The translations under genes and the position numbers were made by a program. Below are positions 50,190 through 59,670 of a stretch of 64,000 bases of DNA, piece by piece. The notes under the pieces were generated by a model that was not told where the DNA came from, made no database searches, and saw only the letters and a list, made by a program, of their open reading frames with translations. The first letter of the stretch is position 1. Each line of letters begins with the position of its first letter. This stretch comes from Octopus sinensis (Eukaryota): positions 29,202,001-29,266,000 of the forward strand of contig NC_043006.1 of NCBI RefSeq assembly GCF_006345805.1, written 5' to 3'.

Positions 50190-52621
50190 ACATCTGCTTT
50201 CCATGCTGGCATGAGTTAGACTGTTTGACTGACACTGGTAAGCTATCGGGCTACACCAGGTTCCAGCCTGATTTGGCAGGGTTTCTATGGCTGGATGCCC
50301 TTCCTAACACCAACCCCTCCAAGAGTGTAACAGGTGCTTTTTACATACCAGTTACGCGACACTGGCTTTGGCTACGGTTATGATTTCACTTGGCTTGACA
50401 GGTATTCTTTAGCACTGCATATCACCAAAAGTCTCGGTCACTTGTCATTGCTCTGTGAGGCCCAATGTTCAAAGATCATGCTTCATCACCTCCTCCCATG
50501 ACTTCTTGGATCTACTACTTCCACAGATTCCCTCCATTGTTAGAGATTCGCACTTCTTTACACAGCTATCCTTTGCCGTACGCATCACATAAGTATACCA
50601 GTGCAGTCGTCTCTCTTGCACATCAAATCTTATGCCCAACTTTTCTCTCAAGTTGCTCACACTCTGTCATACATGCACACTGACATTGCACATCCAGCAA
50701 AGCATACTGGCTTCATTTCTTCTAAGCTTACACATATCCTCAGTACTCACAGCCTATGTTTCACTGCTATGCAGCATGGCTGTTCTCGCAAACAGGCATC
50801 ATACAATCTGCTTTTTATTCTGAGGGAGAGGCCCTCTAGTACTAACAAAGGTAGGATCTCTAACCTTTGCCCAGCCCAGAATGTTGAATTAACTTCTGAG
50901 AGGACATTGGAAGTATGTCTATGATAGAAAAAGGAAGTTGAACATTTTTTTCTGGCTATGTTACGTTTTAGCTAATATAGTTATTTATTGGGAGTTAGAT
51001 GGCAGAACAAAGACATTCAAATCATGAGCAATAAGACTGAGGGATTAATACATATGATTACCATCGTTAAATGTTTGTTGGAGGAGGCTTTGCTTGTTTT
51101 ATTAAACAGAGCGAATGACTTTGTAGAATCTCTCTAATTGGCTTTTGTCTCGTTTGTTTCAATGACTTTTATGAATGCTGATCTACTTCAATATTAAATA
51201 ATGAATTAATCTATAACCCACATATTTAAAAAGAACAGGTCTGTTGTTGGCTGGTCCCTGCTCATCCTTAATTGAGCCACCCTATGATTAAAGGCCTTCC
51301 AGTTCAGACTGGGTTGTTGTTTGCTTTTTTCAAGCTTAGACTACATTATTTAATGTAATGATTTTCCCTTTTAAGATGGTACAATACAATCTGAAGGTAA
51401 ATTTGGCTACTATGTCTAGCAGGTGAGTAGATGACTGCAAAGAGGACTTGGTCTTGACAGCAAAAAAATGTTTATCAATGATATTATTTAGTTGTTCTTA
51501 AATTAATTAAGCAACAACTCAATACTTGGCTAATTGTGACTCCTGCAGACTATGAGATATTTACAAAATTCTTTCACCAGAATTGGATAAATTTGGACAA
51601 GTTGCACAAAAATTTATAAATATTTAATTTACAAGCCTCAGACATGTTGAAATATGTTGATCAGATATATGTATATAAATGAAGTACTGTGTAGCAATTG
51701 TATCAGGCTACAATAAGTTTATAAATATTTTATAACCTGTATGTGTAACAGTTACAGTTAGCTAAATATTGGGATACTGCTCTTCAAGTGATTTACCCCA
51801 GAGCTAGCCTGTGTATGTCCAAACACCTGCATATTTCTCTCTCTAGAGGGATCGACTCCAATCTTTGAAAATATGCTACAGTGTCTCCCATTACCAAAAT
51901 GTGCCTGCCAACCGTGAACCAATCACTCTCACTTCCAACATTCCAAAGATGGTGGATACAGTATTTAACCACATAACATTCAAACCAGCTGCATCTTGAC
52001 TTAAATATTTTACCTGTTATATGTTGAAAGCAGCCGGATTAAGCCTCTTACACCTACCCTACAATGTTATTCTTCATCGAAATCCCAAAGCTATGAGACA
52101 TGATTACTTCAAAAGCAATATAAATGAACAAGCATTACATTTGATAGAATAAACTGAATGCTAAAGCGTTAAAGGATCTTTTCCTACAGTTTTAGCTCTT
52201 CTTGCATCTCAGTGGCCACCAGTAACCCTCCACTCACTGCATTAATCATTTTCCCAATCCTTCTACTTGTGGAGAGGAAATTGGAAGTTATGTCATTCAT
52301 GCCTTTTCTTGTAAAATTCAGCGACTTAAATGTCAATCAGAACCAGATTGCAAAGTTATCTCTATAGTACTTGTTACATATATTTATTTCTTATATAAAA
52401 CTTAATCCTTAAATTGGAATTTATGGCATAGATGCCCCGCCTTCTTTCAGCTGATCTTTACTCGTCCATAGTTATTTACTATAAATTGTATATAATCAAA
52501 TGGTAAAACAACTTTTATTTTCAAATTTCTATATTTTCAGGGTGGTGTCGTCATCGATGATATTTGGCTTACAAAAAACCAAGATCGTCCAAACTTCAAG
52601 TGTAAAAAAATTAGAAGATAA
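19876..52621 (+). CDS. ACP7: Acid phosphatase type 7 / purple acid phosphatase-like metallophosphoesterase, 11 exons, 444 aa, secreted
   Basis: join(19876-19990,25263-25457,35537-35719,36609-36634,37590-37687,39943-40011,43220-43448,47200-47328,49455-49526,49987-50124,52541-52621) = 1335 nt, open, phases consistent, all introns GT-AG. Contains a signal-peptide-like N-terminus, PEQVHLSYG, and the PAP metal-ligand motifs GDMG, GDLAY, GNHE, AHKPMY and AHEH. Confidence 0.95.
21257..21441 (+). repeat. Tandem repeat, 5 x 37 bp
   Basis: Unit CCTAGAGTAGAAAAGAATATCTTAAGTGGGCATACGG at 21257, 21294, 21331, 21368 and 21405, with no spacers. Confidence 0.95.
21951..22110 (-). mobile_element. Short 3' fragment of a CRE-like (RLE-type) non-LTR retrotransposon
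   Basis: Minus strand reads GAWSFQ...[19 protein letters not shown], matching the C-terminus of the element at 60960-61042 (GAWLFQRISLTITRSNAASVLACLSRH*). Confidence 0.6.
22190..23770 (-). mobile_element. RTE-clade LINE fragment (AP endonuclease to RT N-terminus), frameshifted
   Basis: APE motifs ([18 protein letters not shown]-like, HRLV) and RT N-terminal motifs ([14 protein letters not shown], NYRx[21 protein letters not shown]) in minus-strand ORFs. Confidence 0.9.
24521..24926 (+). mobile_element. tRNA-derived SINE with a CORE-like central domain, full length
   Basis: A box TGGCTGTGTGG, B box GGTTCAGTCCC, CTTGGGCAAGTGTCTT central motif. Confidence 0.85.
25263..25457 (+). CDS. ACP7: ACP7 exon 2 (PAP N-terminal domain: [11 protein letters not shown]...[14 protein letters not shown])
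   Basis: Acceptor TTTTCAG, donor GTAAGC, 195 nt, phase 1-1. Confidence 0.95.
26096..26163. repeat. (TA)n microsatellite
   Basis: Read directly; one interruption. Confidence 0.95.
26232..26361. repeat. Long palindrome/foldback: 59-bp perfect arms (26237-26295 / 26298-26356), 2-nt loop, within (TA)n tracts
   Basis: Arms checked base by base; extends to 64 bp with one G-T pair. Confidence 0.95.
27194..27602 (-). mobile_element. Same SINE family as 24521-24926, in the opposite orientation
   Basis: The reverse complement aligns over its full ~400 bp with high identity (roughly 90% by eye). Confidence 0.85.
28065..28240 (+). mobile_element. Solo 3' pseudo-LTR fragment of the same PLE family with a degenerate hammerhead-like motif (28096-28133)
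   Basis: Shares GAAGAGCGTAGGCTCGAAACGT...CCACCTGCCTTCGTCTTTTGTTTATTTTCATAAA with the pLTRs and ends in a TA/TG microsatellite. Confidence 0.75.
28990..29270 (+). mobile_element. AT-rich Penelope-like element N-terminal fragment
   Basis: Translates, with a frameshift, as [23 protein letters not shown]...[10 protein letters not shown], comparable to [24 protein letters not shown]...SFVRRVRL in the intact PLE. Confidence 0.55.
29590..30367 (+). repeat. PLE pseudo-LTR copy 1 (778 bp)
   Basis: Direct repeat of 34094-34876; the differences are mostly in microsatellite unit number. Confidence 0.92.
30225..30262 (+). ncRNA. Minimal type I hammerhead-ribozyme-like motif (non-canonical core), copy 1
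   Basis: TCTTT-CTGTTGA-A-GAGC-gtag-GCTC-GAAA-CG-T-T-AAAGA: 5-bp stem I, 4-bp stem II, palindromic ACGT stem III; the core has A6U and an extra A. Confidence 0.65.
31247..34195 (+). CDS. PLE ORF: reverse transcriptase + Cys linker + GIY-YIG endonuclease
   Basis: [68 protein letters not shown] linker, IIYCISC...LYIGQT...RFAEH...EQELI...GLN. Confidence 0.95.
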   Translation: MRATIRSNLSKLHAINRLLPPAFSTFSSLPPLYAPNTLRFIIHLNQLFHQFLSDTKLRKLQSLFHSTLPDATTPTPPPPFSPPDRLHPPTPNPTAPPYNPFSPPVRLHPPTPNPTAPPNHPHPPSPIPPPQTSTRPTTPPTSIPPTPSALPSVVTIPPDLPLSAAERSVLGRGLRFIPLTPSCKEFQTRVDVHSFVRRVRLGAHYHDSPPTPHEEDDCFTGLGRRPSPWTPAPGQIVAVDLFAGACQRALERFNFSRRQRRLNISPAELLALRSLQRRADIIIKPADKGGAVVVWRADLYRAEAFRQLNDTSFYSPLPSNPTRSYQQTVSSTVQDLISSSRLPRTASNLIVRTPRTPTIYFLPKIHKPNNPGRPIVSACNCPTELISKYLDRVLAPLVASLPSHIHDTNHALRLFNSFSFPPGSSKILFTMDIQSLYTVIPHHEGLQALRHFLDLRSNPVPDTSTLIRLAELVLTLNCFSFAGEFYHQVSGVAMGTRMGPNYANLFVGYVEAQIFSNFTGPTPELYGRYIDDIIGATSLSREHLDSFLSFVQSFHPALHFTSTISNTSVSFLDISVSILHSTLTTSIHYKHTDSHSYLNFSSSHPEHTKLSIPYSQFLRLRRLCSDDHDFETQSQRMVHHFTLRGYPLTTIHTALARARSVDRVSALSPRTRPVVSRLPFPLTYHPTTLRLQRTILRAFRHLQSDPSTSHLFPNRPLPSFKRAHNLRDLLVHSSFPDPTSQPGSFPCSRPRCRTCPYLSNTTRLTSTHHRPYPIIHSFTCTSSNIIYCISCSLCNSLYIGQTGRRLADRFAEHLRDIHLANDTPVSRHFRSTGHSLQHLSVFGLSLHRGHPDSRLRREQELIFSLRSYTPFGLNSPPSSSNPPLPLLTYPFSPRPLLLQSFILSPLLPFPSSLFLPPSSPSLCSLTPSLPFSLSPSPSFLLHPPPHLPSPPSSPLLPSPPPLLPLPFSPLFSPSPSSPHYTT
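34094..34876 (+). repeat. PLE pseudo-LTR copy 2 (783 bp)
   Basis: Direct repeat of 29590-30367; overlaps the ORF stop and ends in (TA)n. Confidence 0.92.
34733..34770 (+). ncRNA. Minimal type I hammerhead-ribozyme-like motif, copy 2 (identical to copy 1)
   Basis: Same 38-nt sequence in the second pseudo-LTR. Confidence 0.65.
35537..35719 (+). CDS. ACP7: ACP7 exon 3 (YHCG...LAVYGDMG...FDAVLHV)
   Basis: Acceptor TTCCAG, donor GTGAGA, 183 nt, contains the first metal ligand motif GDMG. Confidence 0.95.
36609..36634 (+). CDS. ACP7: ACP7 exon 4 (26-nt micro-exon, GDLAYNMDT)
   Basis: Acceptor TTTTTAG, donor GTAAGT, encodes the GDxxY motif. Confidence 0.92.
37590..37687 (+). CDS. ACP7: ACP7 exon 5 ([32 protein letters not shown])
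   Basis: AG acceptor, donor GTAAGT, contains the GNHE motif. Confidence 0.95.
39760..39897. repeat. (ATT)n microsatellite with ATC/GTC interruptions
   Basis: Read directly; ends 45 nt upstream of ACP7 exon 6. Confidence 0.95.
39943..40011 (+). CDS. ACP7: ACP7 exon 6 ([22 protein letters not shown])
   Basis: Acceptor TTTCTAG, donor GTGAGT, phase 2-2, conserved YNFSNYxxRFxMP. Confidence 0.93.
41170..42110 (-). mobile_element. Degenerate LINE RT fragments (Jockey/CR1-like) interrupted by a SINE
   Basis: Minus strand [28 protein letters not shown]...QYDI (RT domain 0-1) and a decayed [11 protein letters not shown] (YADD region). Confidence 0.55.
42430..43050 (-). mobile_element. CR1/L2-like LINE 3' end fragment
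   Basis: [10 protein letters not shown]...[17 protein letters not shown] is the typical C-terminus of CR1-group ORF2. Confidence 0.75.
43220..43448 (+). CDS. ACP7: ACP7 exon 7 ([16 protein letters not shown]...[16 protein letters not shown]...NP)
   Basis: Acceptor TTTACAG, donor GTAAGT, contains the metal-ligand His in AHKPMY. Confidence 0.95.
44050..44960 (-). mobile_element. (GAT)n-tailed SINE-like element with an internal 62-63-bp tandem array and a local duplication; other family members near 3540, 5800, 12140, 17600, 28250, 38100-38890, 41600, 50160, 53200, 54740, 55560 and 56180
   Basis: Shared body CCATGCTAGCATGGGTTGGAC...GGATGCCCTTCCTAACGCCAACC; tandem units start at 44221, 44284, 44346 and 44674. 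Confidence 0.8.
45911..47152 (+). mobile_element. Tc1-family DNA transposon, full length (1242 bp), inactivated transposase
   Basis: 30-bp TIRs with one mismatch (45911-45940 and 47123-47152, CAGGGG[T/C]TGGACAAAATAATGGAAACACCT), TA on the right flank, HTH N-terminus and catalytic motifs VIFSDES / FQDDNAPIH / DLNIIEHLW with stops and frameshifts. Confidence 0.92.
47200..47328 (+). CDS. ACP7: ACP7 exon 8 (VRVG...[23 protein letters not shown])
   Basis: Acceptor TTCTCAG, donor GTGAGT, contains the AHEH motif. Confidence 0.95.
48280..48720 (+). mobile_element. R4/Dong-like non-LTR RT fragment
   Basis: [14 protein letters not shown]...ITYLL...[11 protein letters not shown]...LPLEQKG...KDQ.LIN...[15 protein letters not shown]. 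Confidence 0.65.
49455..49526 (+). CDS. ACP7: ACP7 exon 9 ([24 protein letters not shown])
   Basis: Acceptor TTTCATAG, donor GTGAGT, conserved PYxNPxAxVHIxTGSA. Confidence 0.95.
49987..50124 (+). CDS. ACP7: ACP7 exon 10 (GNVEGQDPF...DYGY...[12 protein letters not shown])
   Basis: Acceptor CTCATCAG, donor GTCAGT, PAP C-terminal domain. Confidence 0.94.
50400..50880 (-). mobile_element. RTE LINE 3' fragment
   Basis: LREKLGIR...RRLHWY.YVMR...[10 protein letters not shown]; homologous to 53800-54200. Confidence 0.75.
52541..52621 (+). CDS. ACP7: ACP7 exon 11, last coding exon ([26 protein letters not shown])
   Basis: Acceptor TTTTCAG, conserved GxVIDDIWL, stop TAA at 52619-52621. Confidence 0.9.
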   Translation, partial: GGVVIDDIWLTKNQDRPNFKCKKIRR

Positions 52622-52828
52622 ATATTATTTAATTTTCTTGTGAAACAGAACCAAGTTGTTTAGTTTTCTTTTATAGTCTATCAACATTATTTTTTAGATT
52701 TCAATCCTTTTTTTCTTAAATTTACCTTTTTTCACAATTATTTCAAGTGGGTGTTTTAAAAAATAAGTTTTCTTGTTATATATGTATATAACGATTTCTA
52801 CTGAAGATATTTATATGTTTATTCTTTT

Positions 52829-52834
52829 AATAAA
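52829..52834 (+). terminator. Candidate polyadenylation signal AATAAA for ACP7
   Basis: AATAAA about 210 nt after the stop codon, followed by U-rich sequence. Confidence 0.45.
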
Positions 52835-53789
52835 ATGAGATAAAACAATCTGGAGTTTATTTCTTTTATATCTAAGTGAATTTTGACATCAAGTGAAGCA
52901 GTTTGGGTTTTTTTTTTCTTTTTATGCATGAGAGAATGTTTGGTGACAGTACTTTATGCTTGAAATACTATTATCAGTGAGCATTTCAGCTGACCAATGA
53001 TTCCAATGCTGTCACTGTAATTGTTTTGTGGGCTCAGTGCCCTTCAGTCTGTTTTGGATGGAACATCATTGCAAATACTGGAGAATAGAATTGCTAAATA
53101 AGGGGTTCATATAATCAACTTGATCCCTCCCCTCAAAACTGTTGGCTTTGTGCCAGCTTCCACTGGTATGGACACATGATGCATATGGATAAAGATCATC
53201 ATCACCATCATCATTTAACGTCTGCTTTCCATGCTGGCATGGGTTGGATGGTTTGACTGAGGACTAGCAAGCCAGAAGGCTGCACTAGGCTCCAATCTGA
53301 TCTGGCATGGTTTCTACAGCAAGATTCCCTCCCTAATGCCAACCACTCTGAGAGTGTAGTGGGTGTTTTTTTGTGTACCACTGGCACAGGAGCCTGTCAG
53401 GCAGCACTGGCATTGACCACGCTCAAGTGGTGCTTTTTATGTGCCACCGATAGGGGAGCCAGTCAGGCAGCACTGGCATCGACCATACTCAAATGGTGCT
53501 TTTTATGTGCCACCGATACAGGAACTAGTCAGGTGGCACTGGCACTGATAACACTTGAATGTTGCTTTTTATGTGCCACTAGCACAGGAGCCAGTCCGGC
53601 ATCACTGGCGTTGACCATGCTCAAATGGTACTTTTTAAATGCCACCAGCATGGGTGCCAGTCAGGCAGTACTGGCATCAACCACAACAACAATTTCACTT
53701 GATTCAACATGTCTTCTCAAGCACAGCATATTGCCCGATGATTGAAGGATACTCTTAAATGAGCCGGTTATGCAACACTGGCATGGGCC

Positions 53790-54640
53790 ACAGCCACGAT
53801 CTCAGTTGGCTTGCTGAGTCTTCTCAAGTGCAGCATATCTCCAAAGGTCTCGGTCTCCTGTCATTGCCTCTGTGAGGCCCAATGTTCGAAGGTCGTGCTT
53901 CACCACCTCATCCCAGGTCTTCCTGGGTCTACCTCTTCCACAGGTTCCCTCCACTGTTAGGGTGTGGCACTTCACATAGCTGCCCTCATCCATACGTAAC
54001 ACATGACCATACCAGCATAGTCATATCTCTTGCATACCATATCTGATGCTTCTTATGTCCAATTTTTCTCTCATGGTGCTTACACTCGGTTGTGTATGCA
54101 CACTGACATTACACATCCAGCAAAGCATACGGGCTTCATTTCTTTCAAACCTATGCATGTCTTCAGCAGTCACATCCCATGGTTAACTGCCAAGTAGCAT
54201 GACTGTTCGCACACATGCGTCATACAGTCTGCCTTTCACTCTGAACGAGAGGCCCTTTGTTGCCAGCAGAGGTAGGAGCTCTCTGAACTTTGCTCAGGCT
54301 ATTCTTATTCTAGCAGCTACGCTGTCAGAGCATCCACCCCCACTACTGACTTGGTCACCTAGGTAATGGAAGCTATCAACTACTTCCAGTTTTTCCTTCT
54401 GGCATATGACAGAAGCTGTTTTCTGCACATTTTCAGTGTTTATTGCCCCTGTGCATTTGCCACCCACAAAAACTATCTTCCCAGTTAGCCTTCCTCTGAT
54501 ATTGCTGCACCTCTTATGTGCCCATAGCTTACACCAGGTACATCTTATGGAGTTTCTACCTATGCCTTTTCTACAGATCAAGCAGGGCCATCTACCTGAA
54601 AGGATTTGTGATGTCTGCCTTCCTACTTATTAAGACCTTG
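53790..54640 (-). mobile_element. RTE LINE 3' fragment (PHD-like Cys cluster and C-terminal GRGRPRKTW motif)
   Basis: ORFs 54294-54581 and 53802-54002: FHYLGD...SVAARIRIA and GRGRPRKTWDEVVKHDL...RDLWR. Confidence 0.85.
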
Positions 54641-56392
54641 GTTTTTGCTAGATTGACTCTAAGGCCCTTCGATTCTAGACCTTGCTTCCACACCTGAAAC
54701 TTCTGCTCTAGTTCTGGTGTGGACAGCTGTATAAAAAAAGTACTCATCATCATTTAATGTCCGTTGCCCATGCTGGCATGGGTTGGATGATTTGACTGGG
54801 TTGGCATGTTGGAAGGCTGCACCAGACTCCAGTCTGATTTGGCATGGTTTTCTACAGCTGGATGCCCTTCCTAACGCCAACCACTCTGAGAATGTAATGA
54901 GTGCTTTTATGTAACAGGTGCAACGGGTGACATCTGCATGACACCGGGGTGGATTTACATGCCACTGGCATGAGCGCCAATTTGTGTGACACCGGTATCT
55001 GCCACAACTGCGATTTTGTTTGATGTGATAGGTCTTCTTCTCAAAGGTCCTATCTCAAGCAGGTGTGATAGGACTTCTTCTCAAAGGTCATGGTCATTGC
55101 TTCCATGAGGCCCATAGTCATTCAAAATGGCTGAAACTTGTGGAAGTGGGAGACCCAGAAAGACATGGGATGAAGTGGTTAAGGTTGATCTCAGGATCTT
55201 GAGCTTCACAGAGGAAATGAGATCCCTGGCACTATGAGGTTCTTGAAAGACTGGCCTCCATCAGCAAAACTTTGTTTTTTTGAAGTGCCATGCATTGTAC
55301 TTTCCATCCACATTACAGTGATTCATCACCTCCTTTGCATTAGATTTTCCTCTTCACCATTATCTATTTCTTGCAGCTTCTACTGTTCATTTTCTCTTCC
55401 CTTTCTCCTCCTAGATGTGAGTAACCATTCAGATCCTCTACAAGAACCTGCACTGACCCCATCACTTACCATAGTTCAATCTTCCCATCCAGAAGCATGC
55501 TACTGACCATCTGACCCTCTCCAGAATTTGTAGTTCTGTGAATTGCATGGTGACCTCGATAGTGCAGGTAGCACAAAAAGAGAACCTAGTCCATGTTGTA
55601 AAGTGGTTGGTATTAAAAGAAGAGCATCCAGTCATAAAAACCATGCCAAAACAGACATTGGAGCATGATGCAGTCTTTGGGCTCATTAGATTCTGTCAAA
55701 CCATCCAACCTATGCCAGCATGGAACACAGGCTTTAAATAATGATGATGAATTCAAAGACTAGAGGTGGTTTGCAATTCAATTTGTTATTGAAGAGATCT
55801 CTTGTGTTGTTAAATGAAAAGAAATATATAATGTTCCAGACGTTTGGTTGTACCCTACTCTGAGGATCATAGACATATTACAGAGTTGGACGGGATTGTT
55901 AACTGAAGCATGAATTATCATTAGGCTGCTGCCTAATGAAACAAAAGTGAGAGTGAATTTTTTTTTATTGATAATCAGCGGTAAGGAGATTATCCTATTT
56001 TATTTTTATATTTGGTTTGCAAGATTCTTTAAGTGAATTTGTGTCTTGAAATAAATTTTTGTTGTGTCCTGGGCGAGTCATTACACCAATATCAATGGCA
56101 CATGCACAGGTTCAATTCCACTCATTTATTATTAGTCAATTGGTGTTAAAACCGATTCTGCTGGTGGTGTAAAGCACTCATGTCACATAAAAATGCCTGC
56201 GTAGTGCCAGGTAGAAGCGCCTGTATGGTGCCACGAAAAAGCACCCAGCCCACTCTGTGAAGTGGTTAGTGTTAGGAAAGACATCCAACTGTAGAGACCA
56301 TACCAAATCCGGCTGCAGCCTGATGCAGCTCCCCATCTTGCTAGTTCTGGTCAAACCGCCCAATTCATGCTACCATGGACAACAGACATTAA

Positions 56393-56425
<33 letters not shown>

Positions 56426-57199
56426 AAATATTTATCCAACTAACTAATCAATCATTTGTTTAACTTGGTTAAAACAGTCAAATATTTTCTTTTTATTTCT
56501 TTTATTCATCAAAGTTCTTTCATTGTTCCTTTAGAGAGAGATAAGTCACTGAAAGGGTTGCAAATGGCAATGAAAGAACTTTGAGGAACAAAACAATAAA
56601 AATGGAAATGAAGGCTCAGTTCGTGGAATATTGTTACACCACTTTTCCAAGGCCTAAGAAGTTCAAGAGCCTTGCTCTTGGCAGAGAAAGTCATGATGAT
56701 GGTTGTGGGGGAGGATGACAAGGGATTCAAACTCCTTGATTTTCTAGACATCTTCACCATCATCTTTCTATCTTTATCTAACTCATTCTCCTTTCTTTTC
56801 CAACTGGGGTATCCATGTATTTACTCTGCTGCAAAGACACCTAACTAGATCCCTCTAAAAGTGTAATCTCTCAATTGGCACAAAGCCACTTCCACTCAAT
56901 AGTACTCCTTTTTCCCAGCTGAGGTGCTTTTGTCTTTACTTGGTGACCTGTTGGTGTTACTACCACATAAGAAACACTGGTGCTGCATGAAAAGTGCCCA
57001 GTACACTTGGTAAAGTAGTTGGCATCAAGAAGGACATCCAACTACAGAAGCCATACCAAAACAGATGATATAACCTGTTGCAGCACTCAGCCTTCCCAGC
57101 ATACTGTGTATGTGTGCGTGCGCACGCGTGTGTGAGTGAGTGAGTGTGTGTGTGTATGAACAATCTAAATTAAAGCTTGAACTTCCACAAATATCAACT

Positions 57200-58190
57200 A
57201 GAAAACTGGAAATGTTACTTTGATGACTACCTAATCCTTTACTATGGAATGCAGTAAAACTCAACTGCCATTCCTGGATAAACTAATCATCAAAAGAGAT
57301 AAAATCATTGAAACGGATATTCACTACAAACAAACAGATTCTAAACAATACTTACTGTTCTCCTCATACCATCCCAAACACACAAAGAATAATATCCCCT
57401 TTCATCTAGCAAGAAGAATCTGCACAATTGTTTCAAACCCTGAAAATCACAATAAACGACTCCAGGAACTAAAACAAGTACTACTTAAAAGACAATATTC
57501 ATTAATGCTAATAGACAACAGAATAGAAAGTGCCAAAGCAATAAATATCCCAAAACTATGATTATTGGAGGTATCTCCAGATACCTCCAATAATCTACCC
57601 TTTATTACAGCACACAACCCAAGAAACACAAAGGTTTACAATATTATCCACTACAACATCCCACTACTAAAACAAGATCCAAGAATGAAACAAGCATTTG
57701 AAATACACAAATTAACCAAAAGTAAAAGACAATCAAAGTCCTTCAAAAAATTCCTCACTGGTACTAAATTACCTTCCATAATTCCTACACCAACAGTCAA
57801 AAAGTGTGACTGCTCCAATTGTGGGACTTGCATCAACCTTTTTGACGACAACATATAAATTCAAATAGATTTTTTTACCATAAAAAAACACTTTACATGT
57901 TCTTCAAGGAATTCAATATGTGCTAACAAATGTAAAAGATATAATGAAGATTACATAGATCAAACAAAGAAATAGACTCTAAGAAATAGACTGACTATTC
58001 ATCAACAACAAATACAAGACCTCAGTACAAACAGATTCCACTGAGTCGACACCTAGACATGTGTGCAAAAAATAAGTTCCCCAAATTCCACTCCATCTAT
58101 GTTCAGCGGATGCCACAAATGAAGCATGGATAAACAAAGAAAATACTTTCATACAAAAGTACAAACCAAGACTTAACAAACTTTATCAGA
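57200..58190 (+). mobile_element. Decayed AT-rich Penelope-like element (RT C-terminal half + GIY-YIG)
   Basis: YFDD, LPFLDKLI, YKQTDSKQYL...HPKHTKNNIPFHLARRI, CDCSNCGTC linker, FTCSS, YIDQT; multiple frameshifts. Confidence 0.8.
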
Positions 58191-59087
58191 GTACATACAC
58201 AAATAACTATTCATACACAAAACTCATTCTCTCACTTAACATGAAGAACCTACACAGCTAACTACCTAAACTTTAGCTACATTCTCCCACCAGACAGATT
58301 AAATTTGGAGTGTCTTGATTGTAACTAAACATGTTCACTCAACTATGTCAGCCTTCTTTTTAGGTGCAAAATATACTATTTCTTTACTACCCACAAGGGG
58401 CTAAACACAGAGAGGACAAACGGATTAAGTCGATTATATCGACCCCAGTGCGTAACTGGTACTTACTTAATCGACTCCGAAAGGATGAAAGGCAAAGTCG
58501 ACCTCGGCGGAATTTTAACTCAGAACATAACGGCAGAGGAAATACGGCTATGCATTTCACAAAATTAGGTGCAAAATATACTGTCAAGTGACACACACAG
58601 ACATAGTAGGAAACATGCAAAAGGTTCTAAACTTAACCATATGTTCATTCTCTAGAAACACTTGACAGAAACCACTCAGAGCATTGATTGTTTGGACATG
58701 TTCAGTCAACCGTGTCAGCCATAATTTACATCGCCAAACATTATCACTTGATATTAACACATGGTCGTAGTGGGGACCTACAAAAAATTTCTAAGACCAG
58801 TTAAGTGACTATCTTCTACCAATGAAATCCTATTTAAAACATATACTAATTTGAACCATGAACCCCCTATAAAAATAGAGCAAGCTTCAAATACTAGTCA
58901 GAAGCAAGACAGCTGCGACATACGCTATATCTCTCTATTTCAAGTTTTTCAAAATCAATGTAAACTGTGAAACCGGTTAAATCTTTAATAATAAAATATT
59001 TTAACTATACGCAGTGCATTTTCAACTTCTATTTTTCCTATATTTCTACTCCTGTGGAATAAAATATGTGTGTGTGTGTATGTATGT

Positions 59088-59330
59088 GTGGAGGCACGTG
59101 GCTTAGTGGTTAGGGTGTCAGCATCATGATCATAAGATTGTGGTTTCGATTCCTGGACCGGCGACATGTTGTGTTCTTGAGCAAAACACTTCATTTCACA
59201 TTGCTCCAGTCCACTCAGCTGGTAAAAATGAGTAACGCTGCGATGGACTGGCATCCCATCCACCTGGGGAACACATACGCCATTGAAACCGGGCCCATGA
59301 GCCTAGCTAGGCTTTAAAAGGGCACATTTA
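59088..59330 (+). mobile_element. tRNA-derived SINE (second CORE-like family); further copies at about 15240-15570 (-) and 37280-37420 (-)
   Basis: A box TGGCTTAGTGG, B box GTTTCGATTCC, GTTGTGTTCTTGAGCAAAACACTT central motif. Confidence 0.75.
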
Positions 59331-59429
59331 TTTTATTTTTATGTATGTTTTATATCTACTGAGAGACGATCTGTGATTGGCTAATTATACTTCAAAACGT
59401 TTGTTTCATCAGGCTGATGGATCGACCTC

Positions 59430-59670
59430 AAAGTCTTTTCAGCTTGTATCACTTGGGCTTTATTAGCTTGTGTACCGTTGGCGATTCTTTTCCTCTGTCT
59501 TCCTTTCTCTGGATCTTTCCTTCTCCTACGTTTCCGACGAAGAGCTCTGCTCGAAATGTTAAACCCTCCTTCTTTCCTGAGCGTCCAATAATACTATATT
59601 TGTTCCATGTCCTCGCATTGTTGTGTTTTTTTGTGCTTTCTTATTTGGATTAACTATATATATATATAAG
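59430..59670 (+). mobile_element. Short PLE-pLTR-like repeat with a hammerhead-like motif (59530-59564), ending in (TA)n
   Basis: GTTT-CCGACGA-A-GAGC-tct-GCTC-GAAA-TG-T-T-AAAC followed about 90 nt later by (TA)n, the same architecture as the pLTR end. Confidence 0.55.

Noticed and set aside
58325-58722. Two minus-strand CTGACA...GAACATGT motifs downstream of the decayed PLE, reminiscent of hammerheads
   Set aside because: Both lack G8 and one A of GAAA, and stem I pairing is poor; too degenerate to call
59088-59160. tRNA-like sequence with A and B boxes
   Set aside because: No complete cloverleaf, and it continues into a SINE body with other copies in the window; it is a SINE head, not a tRNA gene
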